NCBI GenBank assembly: GCA_002104945.1
Contig: MCFH01000073.1
Location: forward strand, 124,001 to 188,000
Length of the DNA: 64,000 nt
Reading direction: 5' to 3'
DNA from: Piromyces finnis finn
Taxonomy: Eukaryota; Fungi; Neocallimastigomycota
The position numbers and the translations under genes were made by a program. This document shows positions 1 through 14,264 of the stretch, in pieces (position 1 is the first letter of the stretch; each line of letters opens with the position of its first letter). A model generated the notes under the pieces. It had not been told where the DNA came from. It ran no database searches and was given only the letters and a program-made list of their open reading frames with translations.

Positions 1-2386
1 CATTTGATAATACTATGAAAATGTATGAGTATGAAACATTGTTTTATAATAATGATAAACTTTATAAAAAAATTTATATCCACTAGGATCATCATCTATT
101 ATATTATTTGTATTGACGGTTAAACTTTAAAAATTTGTTGTTGTTGTTGTTGTTGTTGTTGGTAGGTTGAACATGTTCCTAATAATTAATATATTTCAAT
201 ATGAATGTAATGGATGTAATAATGAGGATTATTTTGTCATTTATTAGTAATTACTATTTAATATTTAATTAATAGTACTATTTAAATATCTAATAATATT
301 ATTATATGATATTTTAATAACATTTTTTTCTTTTAAAAAAAACATTTTTTTTAATAAATAATATTACCATTTAAAGAAATTAAATTAATTAATTGCGGTT
401 AACTTTAAATTTCTTATTTTCTATTTCTATTAAAATATATTGAAATTCTACATATATTGAAATATATTCAATTATATATATTTGAATAAAATAATGCGGC
501 TTAAAAAAACGGAATTTTTTATCAAAATATAATGAATTTTAAAGTGGACTTTTACAATAAATTTGATAGTAAGAAAAAGATTTAATTATTTTATTATAAA
601 TAAGAACGTAATCCTACTACGCCAAATAAAATCATCTATCATAAAATAGAAAAAACTAATAATAATATAAATAACAAAAATTTTTATTAAAAGACTTTAA
701 GATGAAATTTATAAAAGTCTTTATTAATGAAATCTCTAATAGGGATTGCGGATGAAATAAAATAATAATAATAATCCTAATGATGAAACATAATGAATGG
801 AATGGTTTTATAATTAATAACATTTAATGGTTAATAATACTACAATAAAAAAAAAAAAAAGTAAACTCTTTCTAGTTAAAATACCATTCATAAAGTATTG
901 TTAATATTAAAGGAAATATGATATATTAATAGTTTTTTGCTTTTTCATTATTATCAACTTTTATACACAATTGACATATATTTGGAAAAGATATATCAAT
1001 TGTGTATATATTTGGAAAAGATGTCAATTTTCATTTTTATCCAAATTTATTAGTGGTTTGGCAAAAATTAAAGAAAATATTGTTATTATTACAAAATACT
1101 TTTATCTATATACATATTTTCTTTTGACTTCTTTAAATTAATGGTTTACTCTTTGCTTTTATAATGACTTTGAATTAATGATATTATTATCATAAAAGTT
1201 TTATTCGACCTTTTTTGATTTCAGTAGAAAAAAAAAATTATTTTTTATTATTAAACTGTATAGATTTATTATATTATCACATAAATATTATTATAATCAT
1301 ATATAAAACATATGATGCGTAATTTAATAAAAATTAAAAATGGATAGAGGGTTAAAGTACATACTAAAAACTATTTTTATTTCTTTATTCCTTCTGTTAT
1401 TTTTAACTGTGTAAAGTACATTATTGTTGAAATTTACATTTAGCATTGTGTTATTTCTATTATTACTATTTTTTAAATCTTGATAAATTTTCAAATTTAA
1501 ATTTCATCATTTTTTATCAAATTCAAATTGGATAAGCTTTTATTAATAAATTTTTTTTCCGTTTTTTTATAAAATGTAGATAATATGTATTGAAGAAAAA
1601 AAAAATAATAATAATAATACTGACATTATAATTAATAAACAAGAGCTTTAATATTTCTTTTTAAAACATCATCAGTATATATACTTTTCCTTTTATTAAT
1701 TTTAAATTTAAAAGTTACAAGTAAAATTTGCAAATAATTCTTGTCAGGAATTATTGAATTTCATATATTTTATATTGTTTTTATATAAATTTTCATGGGT
1801 CAAATCTCAACAATATTATATAGTATGTCATATTTAATTATTATATATATTTAGTTTTGTTTTTTCTGTTATCATAATTAATACTTTTAACTATTTTTTT
1901 ATTTATAATTATAGGTTTAATTGGACTTTTTTATTTTATTGTCTTTAAACATCAGCACTTTATTGTCAATAGTTTTAAATTTTGAATATTCATTAAACAT
2001 ATATATTCTTTTCAATTATATAATAAATATAATATTAAATATGTTATTATGTTAATAAAAAAAAAAAAGAACAAATATTTCAATTTCCTATGCACATTTC
2101 CTATTCACATTTACTTTTTATTTTTTTTAAAGGTTTTATTTTAAATTATTTATTCAATTAAACCAATAAAAAAAAATTTAAAATTTATTGATATATTAAA
2201 AAAAAATTTTTTTTTTTTTTTTACATATATCTCGAATGTATTAAAAAAAATAATAATAAAATAAAAAAGTGAATATTTTTTGAAATTTTAATTTATTCAA
2301 TTTTTTATTTTTTGAGGAGGGGATAGTTTTTTTTTTTTTTTTTTTTTTAAAAATATAAAGCATTGATATTTAAGTAAATAAATAAA

Positions 2387-3501
2387 ATGAATGAAACCAC
2401 CACCACTACCACCACCACTACTGGAAAAGGTGAAAAAAAGACAATTGTTCAAGTAGTTGATGAAAAAACAAATACTAAAACTAGAGTTGAAATTACTGAT
2501 GAAAATTCCAATAAAAAAATATTCTATAGAGTAAATAAGAAACAAAAGAATAAGAAAAAGAGACCAAATGATGACTCTGAACATCCACAACAACCAGGAC
2601 CAAATCAATGTCATTACTTTGTAAAGAGAAAGAATAGATATTGTCATTTATGTACAAAAAAAGGTAAATTATATTGTGGTGAACATGCTGTTTTCGATCC
2701 AGAAAATCAAGAAAGAATTCCTTGTCCATATGATAATGCCCAGTAACTATTTCTAATTTATTTATTAAATATTTTTTATTTAAAAAGAATAAGTTGATAA
2801 TTAATTTAATCAAAGAAATTTAAATAAAAATGAAATGAAATTTCATTGAAATTTCATTTTTAATTTTATTTTATAATTACTATAAATTTTTATAATAATT
2901 CTATATTAATTTCTTTTCATAACTAATAATAAAATAGTTCAGTAGTAAAAAAAGATCTTGAAAAACATTTAGAACGTTGTAATTCAAGACCAAGACCAAA
3001 AGATGAATGTTATGTTGAAAATTGTAATATTAGAGATATAACTGCATTAGAAAGAACTAAGGAAAAAACTCCAAGAGAAGAATTAAAAGAAATGTCAAAG
3101 GAAGCTTTTGATAAATTTGTTGAAAGAATATTAAATGCCTACAATGATGCATTTAAAGGTCAAGAAATTCCAACTGAAATTTTAGACCATGAAGCTTTAA
3201 ATGAAAGAAAGTATGTGTTTTAATCATTCTTTAAAAATAATGGCTATACTATATGGAGGTCTTATTTTTAATTTAATAAAAATACATTAACATTTCCTTT
3301 TTATTAATTTAAAATAAAAAGAATAGAAACACATGGAGGAAAGCATGCTATTCAACAAGTAATTATATATATGCATATACCTATTCTTATCTTTATTGTT
3401 AATCAATTTATATAATAGATATTCTTTAAACTATCGCTTATTTTTACATATTAAATTTTTAAAATATTTATACGATAATTTATTTTTTATTTCAATAAAA
3501 T

Positions 3502-3536
<35 letters not shown>

Positions 3537-4853
3537 TCCTAACTATAATCTTAATTATAAAAAGGCATCGATTCTTGGTCATTTAGAAAAAATAAATTCA
3601 CTTAATAAGGATGATGTATATCTTGAATTTGGTGCTGGTAAGGGAGAATTAACCTATTATGTAAGAAAAGCTGTTGGTGATCCATCAACCTATATTCTTG
3701 TAGATAGACGTAACTTTAGAATGAAGGTAATGATATAAATAATAATAATGTTTATTAAATTAAAAAAAAAGGGGGGGGGAATAATAAAGTTATTAAAGGT
3801 AAAATTATATCATTATAATATGTATATATAATCATTTTAGTTTGATAGAGAAAATAAGAAAAAGAAGGGTGAAGATTCATCCAATCCAAATGAAGAAAAT
3901 GAAAATAATAACGAAACTCAATCTGATTCTGATAAATCATTAACTGTTCAAAAAAGATTATATATGGATATTAAGGATTTATGTCTTGAAAAATTAAATT
4001 TATTAAAGGATAAGAAATTAGTAGGTGTATCCAAACATTTATGTGGATGTGCTACTGATTTAACCTTGAAATGTTTAGTAAATTATACGGATGCTGTTCC
4101 AAAGTAAGTTGAAAAAAAAAAAAAAAAAACATTTTTTTCTTTATTGTAACACTAAGTATTAAAATTTTATTTATTGAAATAACCTATTATTTTATTAATA
4201 TCTTAAAATTCATCTATTATTATTTATATATAATCAAAGTTCTGTAAAAACTGTATTTATTGCATTATGTTGTCATCAAATATGTAAATATGGTATGTAT
4301 TGTAATCCAGAATATCTTACTCATTATGGTTTTGATCAAGAAGATTTTGAAAAAATCTGTGTCTTAACAACCTGGGCTATTTGTGGTAAGCGTGAAGCAA
4401 AATCCGATAATAAAGAAGGTGAAGAGGATGAAGAAGAAGATGATGAAGAAGAAGCCAAGGATGAATTAAAGAAATCTGAATTAGAAGATGGTGAAAATCC
4501 AGATGAGTAAGTTTTAAATAGATTAAAGTTTTATTAATAGGATAACTATTCCTTATGATTCAAAATTTTAATATTTTATTATTTTTCATTATTATTATTA
4601 TTATTATTGTTGTTGTTGTTGTTGTTGTTGTTATTGTTATTGTTTATAAAATTTCTATTTATGTATTAGACCTCATTGGTCTGGAATGACATTTGAAGAA
4701 AGAACAGCATTTGGACGTAAATGTAAGAGATTCCTTGATATGGGAAGAGTTCACTATTTAAAAAATCATGGTTATAAAGATGTTAAATTAGTACACTACG
4801 TTACCCAAAAGTATTCCTTAGAAAATTGTGCCTTAATTGTGAATAACATGTAA
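2387..4853 (+). CDS. TRM13: tRNA:m4X methyltransferase TRM13 (multi-exon)
   Basis: Exon 1 (2387-2742) has the CCCH finger CHYFVKRKNRYC...YCGEH. Splicing at GT 2743 / AG 2937 gives CPYDNAHSVVKKDLEKHLERC (CHHC finger). Later exons read KHAIQQ/ASILGHL, LEFGAGKG (SAM-binding), LVDR, DIKDL, SKHLCGCATDL, ALCCHQIC and SLENCALI; stop TAA at 4851-4853. Some internal exon boundaries were estimated by eye. Confidence 0.88.
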
Positions 4854-5787
4854 AAAAAAAAAAAAAAAAAGGTTGAAACCCCCTTCTTTTTTTATATGAT
4901 ATTTCCATAAAAATAACTATTTGTTTATAGATAATAATCAATTCAATATTTAAAAAGTAGATAATAATAGAAGTACAATGAATATTTTTTATCCAGCACT
5001 CATCATTATTTATTGTTAATAACTAATAGAACAATACCTATTTTTCTTTTTTGTTCTTTCTTTTTTTCTTAAAAAAAAAAATATATATATATATATTAAA
5101 AAACGTTCGTAACATATATTGTTATGAAAATTTTATTTAGTTATAGGAAAAGAAGAAAGGTAATAATGTTTTAAAATTAATAGAAAATAAAATTTATATA
5201 TAAAATATTCTTTAAATATTTCATTTAGAATGTGTAATTTTTTATTTATTTATTTAATAATATTAATTATGGTATAGATGGATTTGTTTTTGTTTTTTAA
5301 GTCAAGTTCATTTCCAATAAATTTTCAAATAAATAAATGTCTAATTTTACTTTTTTTAAATAAGCTTTTACTACCATTTTCAAACAAATTTTAGACATTC
5401 AAATAATGATCGTTTGATTCATTTTATCTTGTCCAATTCTTTTTTAATAAAAAATAAAGTGAACATCAAATATCTTTATCTCGTCCAGTATTAAAGAAAA
5501 GTATATTTAAATGTTGTCTAAATTTATTTTTAAAAAAAAATAAACATAATATTTTAATATAGTTCATTGTTAAATTGACCATAAACCTACAATACTCTAG
5601 ATATTATGGATAGATAAAAACTTTTTTTTTTTTTCTTCTTCTTTCAATTATTATATAAATTCAATTATAATTAATTAATATTCCATTTTTTCTTTTATAA
5701 ATAATATAATGTTTTTTTTTTTTTTTTTTTTTTTTTTGTTTATTTTATTTATTTAAATCTCTATTTTTTTTTTTTTTTTTTTCATAT

Positions 5788-6356
5788 TTATGAAAAAATC
5801 TTCATGTAATTTTGAATGGGTGAACGACAAAGTGGACATCTCTCTAGATAATGAACACAATGATGACAAACACATAAATGACGACAAGGTAAAAAGGCAT
5901 ATTCTCTTTTTTCTGTAAGACATACTACACAAACATTTTCATTATTAGAGGATGCCGTATCCTTATCCTTAGTACCACTATTATCGCCATTACTTTGATG
6001 CTTAAAGGTGGATGGTGGAGAAATATTAGAATTTTGGGTTGTAAGAGAGGAGGAGGATATTACACCATTTTCATTTTGATGTTCGGAGGGCGTCGTCTCC
6101 TCAAGATCATTAGGTAGAGGTTCCGGTATATATTCTGTTATTGGTGTTGGTGATACGTTTAATGAGGAGGTTTGATGGATATCATAAGAATCATCCATTA
6201 GTAACCAATTAACAATATCGATTAACATATCAAATATGCCAGGATTACCTTTATAATATAAATAAAGGGTTAAAAAAATTTTTTTATATTAATTATTTAA
6301 AAAATTAAAATGTAATATACATTTATTAGAATATTATTAAATTCATTTCATTATTA

Positions 6357-6389
<33 letters not shown>

Positions 6390-8078
6390 TACTATCCAAT
6401 ATTTATAATATATAATGGAATAATAAAAATTATTATAGTTTTTTCTATTTTATATCAAGAAATACAGATTCATCTATCATCCAATTGATTTATTTATCTA
6501 CTTGTGTGTACTTACTTGATGACGGTAGAGTAGCTGCTTGTAATCTTGTTAATTCTTCAGAATTTTGGACCGCTTCTTCTTCTTCTTCCCTTCTTTTTTT
6601 TCGATAATGTCTCCAAAGACGAAAAGCAATGACACCACCAATAATCGAGGTAGATCCAATAACAAACCACTTCCATTTATTTATTTCTTTAGCTTCTTCT
6701 TCAACAATTTCTTTAAAAGTTTTAGGTGAAATAATACAATAAGCATCTTCACTATTAAAATCTGGGATTAGTATGGGAAGACCTGTAGATTGAATTAAAA
6801 GATCATCTGGATCTAAAGATGATGTTGTTGTTGTTGGCTTTATTGAATTTATTTTTGATGGTGTTGGTGTAATGTCTTGAACCTTGGCTATATATAAAAA
6901 TAAAAATTTTTAATTTTATTAAATATGTTTTTAAAATTATCAAAGTTAGAATAGAATAAAATATATATATATAAAGATTATGCTAATATATTTACTAGAG
7001 GTGGTTGGTATAGGTTTTTTAAATTTTCCTACAATAGTAATAGGATCACCAATGGTATATCCTTGTTCCATATTTTCTATGCCATTAAATCTTTCTCCAT
7101 TAACATAATCCTTTTATTAATTCATTGGATATATACATATATGTATAAATAAAATGTAGAAATGATTAATTGAATTTGAAAATGAATTTCAAACAACAAT
7201 GTAAAAATAATATTTTATATTTTATATATTTTAAAAAAAAAAAAGGTTCATATTAGAAACAAATAAATATTATATTATAATTATATATATTTTTTTTTAA
7301 AAAAAAAAAAAAGAAAGAAATCCATACTATAATGCTTTTCACAATAGATTTTTTATTTTGACTAATAAAATTATCTGATATTATTGGTAAATCCATATTT
7401 ATGATATCTTGAATGGAGAGTTTCGGTAGAGTTGCTTGGGCCTGATTATGTTTATAAATATTGAAAGGAACTGTTTGACCATTTAATGAAATAACTTCAA
7501 CCTCCGGAAGCCAATCTTTCCAAAAATTACTCCATTTCACGTAATGTCTTTTAATTATATTCTATTAAAAAATTATTAGGATATCAAAAACAGTATAATA
7601 AATAATGAGATGAGATATATATATATAAGATATGATTATCATTTATATATTTTATATATATTTTTAATTTTTTTTTTTTTTTTTTTTTTAATTTTTTCCA
7701 TTTTTTTCCTTTTTACAAATTTCAAATTTATATATATTTAATTCTTTTGTAAGTAAAAAAATAAAAAAGAAGGAATTTTATTAAAATGAAAATGGTACAT
7801 TCATAGATACATATCAAGGTATATTTAATTACCTTTAATATAACTGCTTTTTTTTTATTATCATTACAAGTAATGAATTGGTTTGGTTTTATTGGAGTAA
7901 TTAAACCTTCTAAGTAATAAGTAATATCATTTTCTAATGCAGTTTCAGCAACCTCTACATCAGATTTCGATGAACAAGGAAAAGGTTTTGTATTCTTAAG
8001 TTCATTTAGTTTATTTTTTTTAAATAAATATATGGCATAGGTAACACTTGTCAATGCTGTTGATAAAATTAAATCCAT
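5788..8078 (-). CDS. GIDE-domain + C-terminal C3HC4 RING E3 ubiquitin ligase, MUL1/MAPL/SP1-like (multi-exon)
   Basis: N-terminal hydrophobic anchor MDLILSTALTSVTYAIYLF. Spliced exons read ...ILK/NIIKRHYVKWSNFWKDWLPEVEVIS (GIDE-like W..W motif) and GYTIGDPITIVGK. A second TM segment (KWKWFVIGSTSIIGGVIAFRLWRHY, ~6600-6680) follows, then the terminal RING CVVCLTEKREYAFLPCRHLCVCHHCVHYLERCPLCR. Confidence 0.72.
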
Positions 8079-9540
8079 TTTTTTCTCTCTTTTTTTTTTA
8101 AAAAAAAAAAAATATTATTATGGAAATGTGTGATGTGAATGTGCGTAGGTGTTTTTCTTCTTTTTTATTTTGTTATTTTTAGTATTTATGATTATTTCTT
8201 GTTTTTAATTATTTTATATCTATATCAATTTTTTTTCTTTTTTTACCATACAGATATGAATATTTATAAAGTAATTATTATATTTTTTTTTTCTCTATGA
8301 AATGATAATTTCATATATGATATATATATATATATAAAAAAAAAAAAAAAAAAGTAATCACAATAGATATTTATTTTTCAATTTTTAATTATTTCTATTA
8401 ATAATAATAATAGTAATGATTAAGGTATGGTAATATAACTATGTATAAGTATATATATTGTTATAATGAATTTTTCTTTATTAAAAAATTGAAAAATTAA
8501 TTGTATTGGAAAGAAAAGTCGTCTTATCAATGTTGTTTTTTTTTCTCCCTCTGTTTGTTTTCTTCAGTTTTTTTTTTTTTTTTTAATATTTGTTATTAAT
8601 ACTATTTATTTCTTCTTTTAACTTTGCTCTTTTTTTTTTTTTTTTCTTTATTTTTTTATTTTTTTTTTAAACAATAAAGTGCTATGTATATTTCAAAAAA
8701 AAAAAAATAAATAAATAAAATAAATAAAAAAAAAATAAAATAATTTTTTTTTTTAATTAATGGATCCATCTCATTAATCCTTAACAACCATTCAAAAAAA
8801 GGTTAAATATTTTTTGTTATTCCTTCATAAAAAACTAATGCCCAACTAAAAAAAAAAAAAAAAGATATTTTCGTAACTTTTTATAAATAATTTTTTAACA
8901 ATTTTAAACTCTTTCCTTTTGGTTAGTGTTTTTATTTGTTTGTTTGTTTACTAGTAAATTACCCAAAATAAAAAGATTACACTATCTACATATAATAGAG
9001 TATAAAAACTTTTAATATATTTATTTTATTGTATTTTCCAATACTTTTTTTTTTAAAAAAAAAAAATAAAAATAAAAAAAATATTCTTTCCTTATTTTTA
9101 TTAGAATGAGTATTTATGCTTTTTAATTATATAGTTATAAGAATAATATTCACTATAAAATATAGATATTATAGGTATATTTTATGTTTATAATTATTGT
9201 ATTTTTGTTGTGTTTGAGTAATTTATTTAATGATGATAAATAATTCATAAAATATTATTTTATAGATATTTATTTTCAAAAAAGTATAAAAATATATTTT
9301 TAATGATAGTTATAAGAAATTGTCAAGTACAAATAAGACATATTCTTCCTTCTATTCAATAGAACCTAAATTATATCCTTGAATTTGTATCTCTTTTTTT
9401 TTTTTAAATAAAATAGGTGATAATGTATAGAGAAAGATTTTAAATTTATAAAAATGATTATCTTTTTTTTTTTTAACGCCTTTCATTTTTATAAATGAAT
9501 GAAATAAATGAAATAATAAAAAAAAAAAATTCTTCATTGC

Positions 9541-12500
9541 TTAGGAAGCGTCTGCATCATCATCAGAAATAATACTAAGGAAGACTTCTTCCAATCTATT
9601 ATTGAATTAAAATATATAGATAGATACAATAAAAATATATATATTAATCAAAAAAGGAGGGGGAGAAGGAAAAATGATACATTAAATTAAAAAAAAAAAA
9701 AAAAAGTTCAATACATTAATAAATTTATAAATACAATGATACTTACGAAGATTGTGAAATACCCCAATCAATAATACCATACTTTTCCTTATTATCATCT
9801 AAAAGATCAAAAAGTTTAGTGATAAGACCTTGAGTTGGAATAAATTCATAAATACTATTACTAGCTAAATCACGAACAACTTTATGGTCTTCTGGAATAA
9901 TACTAGTAATAAATTGTTTGACTTCATTGTAATTTTCTGCCTTGTTAATGTAAGAAAGTCTGAAACCACTACCGTAAAGTTCCTTAAGACGAAGTTGAGT
10001 GGCACAACAACGAAGGGTACCATGAGACATAATACCAATACGATGACAAAGAACTTCGGCTTCTTCCATAGAATGTGTGGTAATAACAATAGTACGGTTG
10101 CAACTAATTTCATTCAAAATATCCCAAATTAATCTACGAACGTCAGGGTCAAGACCAGTGGTTGGTTCATCTAAGAATACTAATTTTGGATCACCAATCA
10201 AGGCAATAGCAATACTTAAACGACGTTTTTCACCACCACTTAAACCACGAGCTAAATTATCTTTGAAACTTTCTAAACCAACATTAGCCATACTTTTTTG
10301 TACAGCTTCTTTCTCTTGATCCTTTGGAATACCCTTTAATCTGGCGTAGAATAAAAGATGTTCCATAACAGTTAAATCGTCCCAAAGAATATCATGTTGT
10401 GGACAAATACCAATACGCTTGTAGACTTGATCCATATCGGTCTTAATGTTATAACCGGCTAAACGAGCATAACCACTGGTTGGCGTGTAAACACCAATTA
10501 AGGAATGAATCAAGGTTGTCTTACCAGCCCCATTTGGACCTAATAAACCAAAAACAACACCTTCTTCTACAGCAAAGGAAACACTATGAACAGCAACATG
10601 TGGCTTCTTATCCTTCTTTCTTGGTGGATATTCCTTTCTAACATTCTTAATGATAAGTGGACTGTTATGGTCATAGCGACCAGAAAGAACACGTTCTCTT
10701 TCAACACGAACATCATCATCTTCTAATTTTTTAGCATCTTCTGCCTCCTTTTCAGTATAGAATGGATTTGAGGCATCAAATTCCATAGAATCTTCATCCT
10801 TCTTACCACCAAAACATCTTCTTATACGACGGAATATATTTAAATGCCATGGTTGATGAGCTCCATATTCCTGAGGAATGACTGCATTTAAATACATGGC
10901 TAAAAGAATTAAAATGAAAAATACACCGATCATGAACATGGTTGCAGCGAAAATACTACTTCCTGGGTGGAAATCGTGTAATTGATAACCAGGGCTGGCC
11001 TTATCAACAGCAATACCGTTCATACTAATTAAGATATAATAGAAAGCAAAGAATGGCCAAATGAAATAAACATAATTTTGTTCGAAAATACTAAATAAGC
11101 TCATAGAAAAGACAATTGAAATAAGGGTGACCAAGAAGGAAGTGATCAAAGCAGAACTGTTTCTTTTAAAGAAGAATGAAAATACAAATGAAACAGCAAC
11201 TAAGATATTTGACCAAATAAAGAAGACAAGAATGATAATCAACATAGATGTCTTTTTAAACATTTCCATACCACAAATAATACCAACAACGATGAAACAA
11301 ATCATAGAAATCAAAGCTAATACCAAGTTAGTAAGGTAAGTAGCAATGTAATAAGTTGAAGATTTCATACCATTCATATTCATCATAACTAAGAAACGTT
11401 CTTCCTTTTCCTTAACTAAAGATAATACAAAAATTGGAAATAAGAAACTAACACCCCATGGAAATAAAACAATACCAATAATACTAGCTAAATCAACTGG
11501 TAAAGAGGTAGTAGTCTTTTCTGGGAAAGCACGAAAACCTTGAGTAATCATTTGAGTATTATCAGAAAGCTTACGGATAATAGTATTGGAGAGTTCAGTA
11601 AGGAAATACATCATTCTTTTTCCCTTACTTGGGAAAGGCATGTGTGGTGTGACACTACATTCAGTACATGTATATAAATTAGTTAATCTTGCATAATCAC
11701 CAACAGCAAGAGATACATTATACTTTAAAGCCTTTTCGTCTAAATCCTTATAGTATAATACACCATAAGGCATGTAATCAACACTTTTCTTAATAGCATC
11801 TTCTGTATCTCTGAATTTTGAAATATCAACAAGTTTTCTTTCTTCTTCAGTGTATTCAGAAAAAGTAGTGTTTGATATTAATTTATCAATTCTAAAATAT
11901 ATATATATATGTTTGTTTTTTTTTGGAAATTACATCATTGAAAAAAAATATATATGGATATTGTTAGTAGAGGAATAAATTTAAATAGTAATAATGATAA
12001 TTATAGCATCGAATAACATTGAATAATAGCAAATAGTTATGAATGACAATAAAAAGTTAGGAACAACAGCAACAACAACAAATAGTATTTTAAATAACAA
12101 TAAATAGCTTTTAAAAAAAGATTGTTAACAAATACTTACAAGTTTATTCTATTGATAATTATATCATCAATTTGTTCACCATTTTCAACTCCCATAACTT
12201 CGAAATAAGGTGATCTTTCAAATGTTAAAGATGGATTTCCACCAGACATCATTTCATCCATATTCATAACATAACGGGTAGAAGTATAGTCCAAGTAACC
12301 CTTATTGGAAAGAACATGTTGATCTCCTTGTAATTCTACCAAGGTAATATTTTCAGGACCTTGTAAACGTTCACCGATTAAAGCCTTTTCAGTATTATTT
12401 CCCTTGTTGTAGGCAACAAAACCATATGGACGCATCATATTGGTAACAAGATATTCAATATAGGAAGCTTCTCTTCCAAAGCCACTAAAATTAAATTTTT

Positions 12501-13834
12501 CTTCTCTTTTAGAAAGCTTTTTCATTTTTTTACCAAAGTTTCCAAGATTTCCCATGCCACCCATACCTTCGGATATTTTAGAAACCTTTTCCATTAAATT
12601 TAATAAATATGCATAATTACCAGATTTGTCCAAGGATGGAACAAAAAGTGTATCATGGTTAATATTTTCATTATTGTTATCTGGTACAATATCATATGGA
12701 GCTGAGGCAAAGTAATCATTAGTACCAAACCAATTAGAACATGCACTAGTAGAATATAAACCACCAATGTAGTGACGAATTTGAACATCCGGGTCATCTT
12801 TTTTATATTCAATATTTAAATTTGATAATACAAATTGACCATTAAATTCTTTTGTACAGAATTCGTATTTTTCAGGTTTAATAATATTCTTTAAAATATT
12901 TTCCACTAATAAACTTAAAAGAAATGCAGCAATAATCATCAATGTTGGACATGCACTAAAATAGTACAATTTTTTTTTTTTTTGATTTTAAATATATATA
13001 AAGTTTATATTTAGAAAATATTTTGGTTTTTTAATTTTTTTATTATTCTATACTATAATATTTTTATCTGAATCCTAAAATTTTATTATTATAATAATGA
13101 AATAATACTACTCTAGGCTAGGCTATAAAAAAATTATAATAATAATAATAATAATCTATATAAATAATTTGAAAAGGCACAATAACTTACGCAACACAAC
13201 CTATCATAAGTTTAGAGTAGAAATATAAATATCATTTTTTTTTGAAAAAAAAAATTTTCAATAAAATTTAAATATCCATTGGAATAAATAAAAGGTAAGT
13301 AAACTATTTATATATATATATATAAAAGAAAGATAAAAACTTGACATACAAATATTGGTTTTCATTTGTCTCTTTTGATAAGATAAAGTTTTTCTAAACT
13401 ATAAATAGTTAAAAAAAAGAAAGTTAATTTTTTTTTCTTTCTATTATCTATTGAATATATAAAATAGATAATAAAAATCTTATGTATAATACCATAGCTC
13501 TAACTTGATAACTCTTTCTACGTTCTAATTATATATATTATTAATAAATTCATTTTAGTTGATTCATAATAGTCTCTCTTTTTTTTTTTTTGCTATCATT
13601 ATTCAAATAAAAAGTATTTTTATATTTACCTGAAGAATCTATTGCTTTTGTTGACATTCTAGAAAGGTTAGTATTAACTCGTTTCATTTCTACAATATCT
13701 TTTTCTTCCATGTCATTAATTTCTATGTTCGAATCATTGTTATTGTTTAAGGTTTTCGAAGATATATCAATACCTTCTTTGACGATTTCATTAATAGAAA
13801 TACCAAACTCTTCATTTCTTTTATTCTCTTCCAT
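9541..13834 (-). CDS. ABC transporter subfamily A (one TMD + one NBD), multi-exon
   Basis: ORF 9743-11773 has six TM segments, MGxK-like 'MNMNGMKS', Walker A GPNGAGKTT, signature LSGGEKRRLS, Walker B VFLDEPTTGLD and TTHSMEEAE. The last exon LEEVFLSII..DAS* ends at 9541. Upstream exons at 12136-12969 (first TM plus large exocytoplasmic loop) and ~13600-13834 (MEENKRNEEF). The start codon is inferred. Confidence 0.88.
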
Positions 13835-14232
13835 TTTTTTTTTTTTTTTTTCTATTCGATAAATAAATATAATACTTTTAATAAATAAAATAAAAAAGAT
13901 AAGTTTCACGATTTATTATTCATAATAACAAAGTTGTTTTTTATTAATTTTATAAAATATATAATTCGTTATATTTTTATTATTATCTTGAATTTCGAAA
14001 GTTATACAATAGAAAATAAAATAAACTTCTATCGGTATATATGTATATTTTATTTATAATTCACTTTTTTTATTATTCTATTTTTTACCTTTTATTTACC
14101 TCTTAAAATAGTTTTACTATTTCTTTTGTTTATTTAATAATAATATCTCTTTGTTTCTTTTTCAGTATTTATTTATATTTATAATATATTTATATTCTAA
14201 ATATAATTGCCTATTTTTTATTGTTATTGTTA

Positions 14233-14264
<32 letters not shown>

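Noticed and set aside
3-86. Open frame FDNTMKMYEYETLFYNNDKLYKKIYIH* at the window edge
   Set aside because: Could be the tail of an upstream gene, but it is too short and has no recognisable motif.
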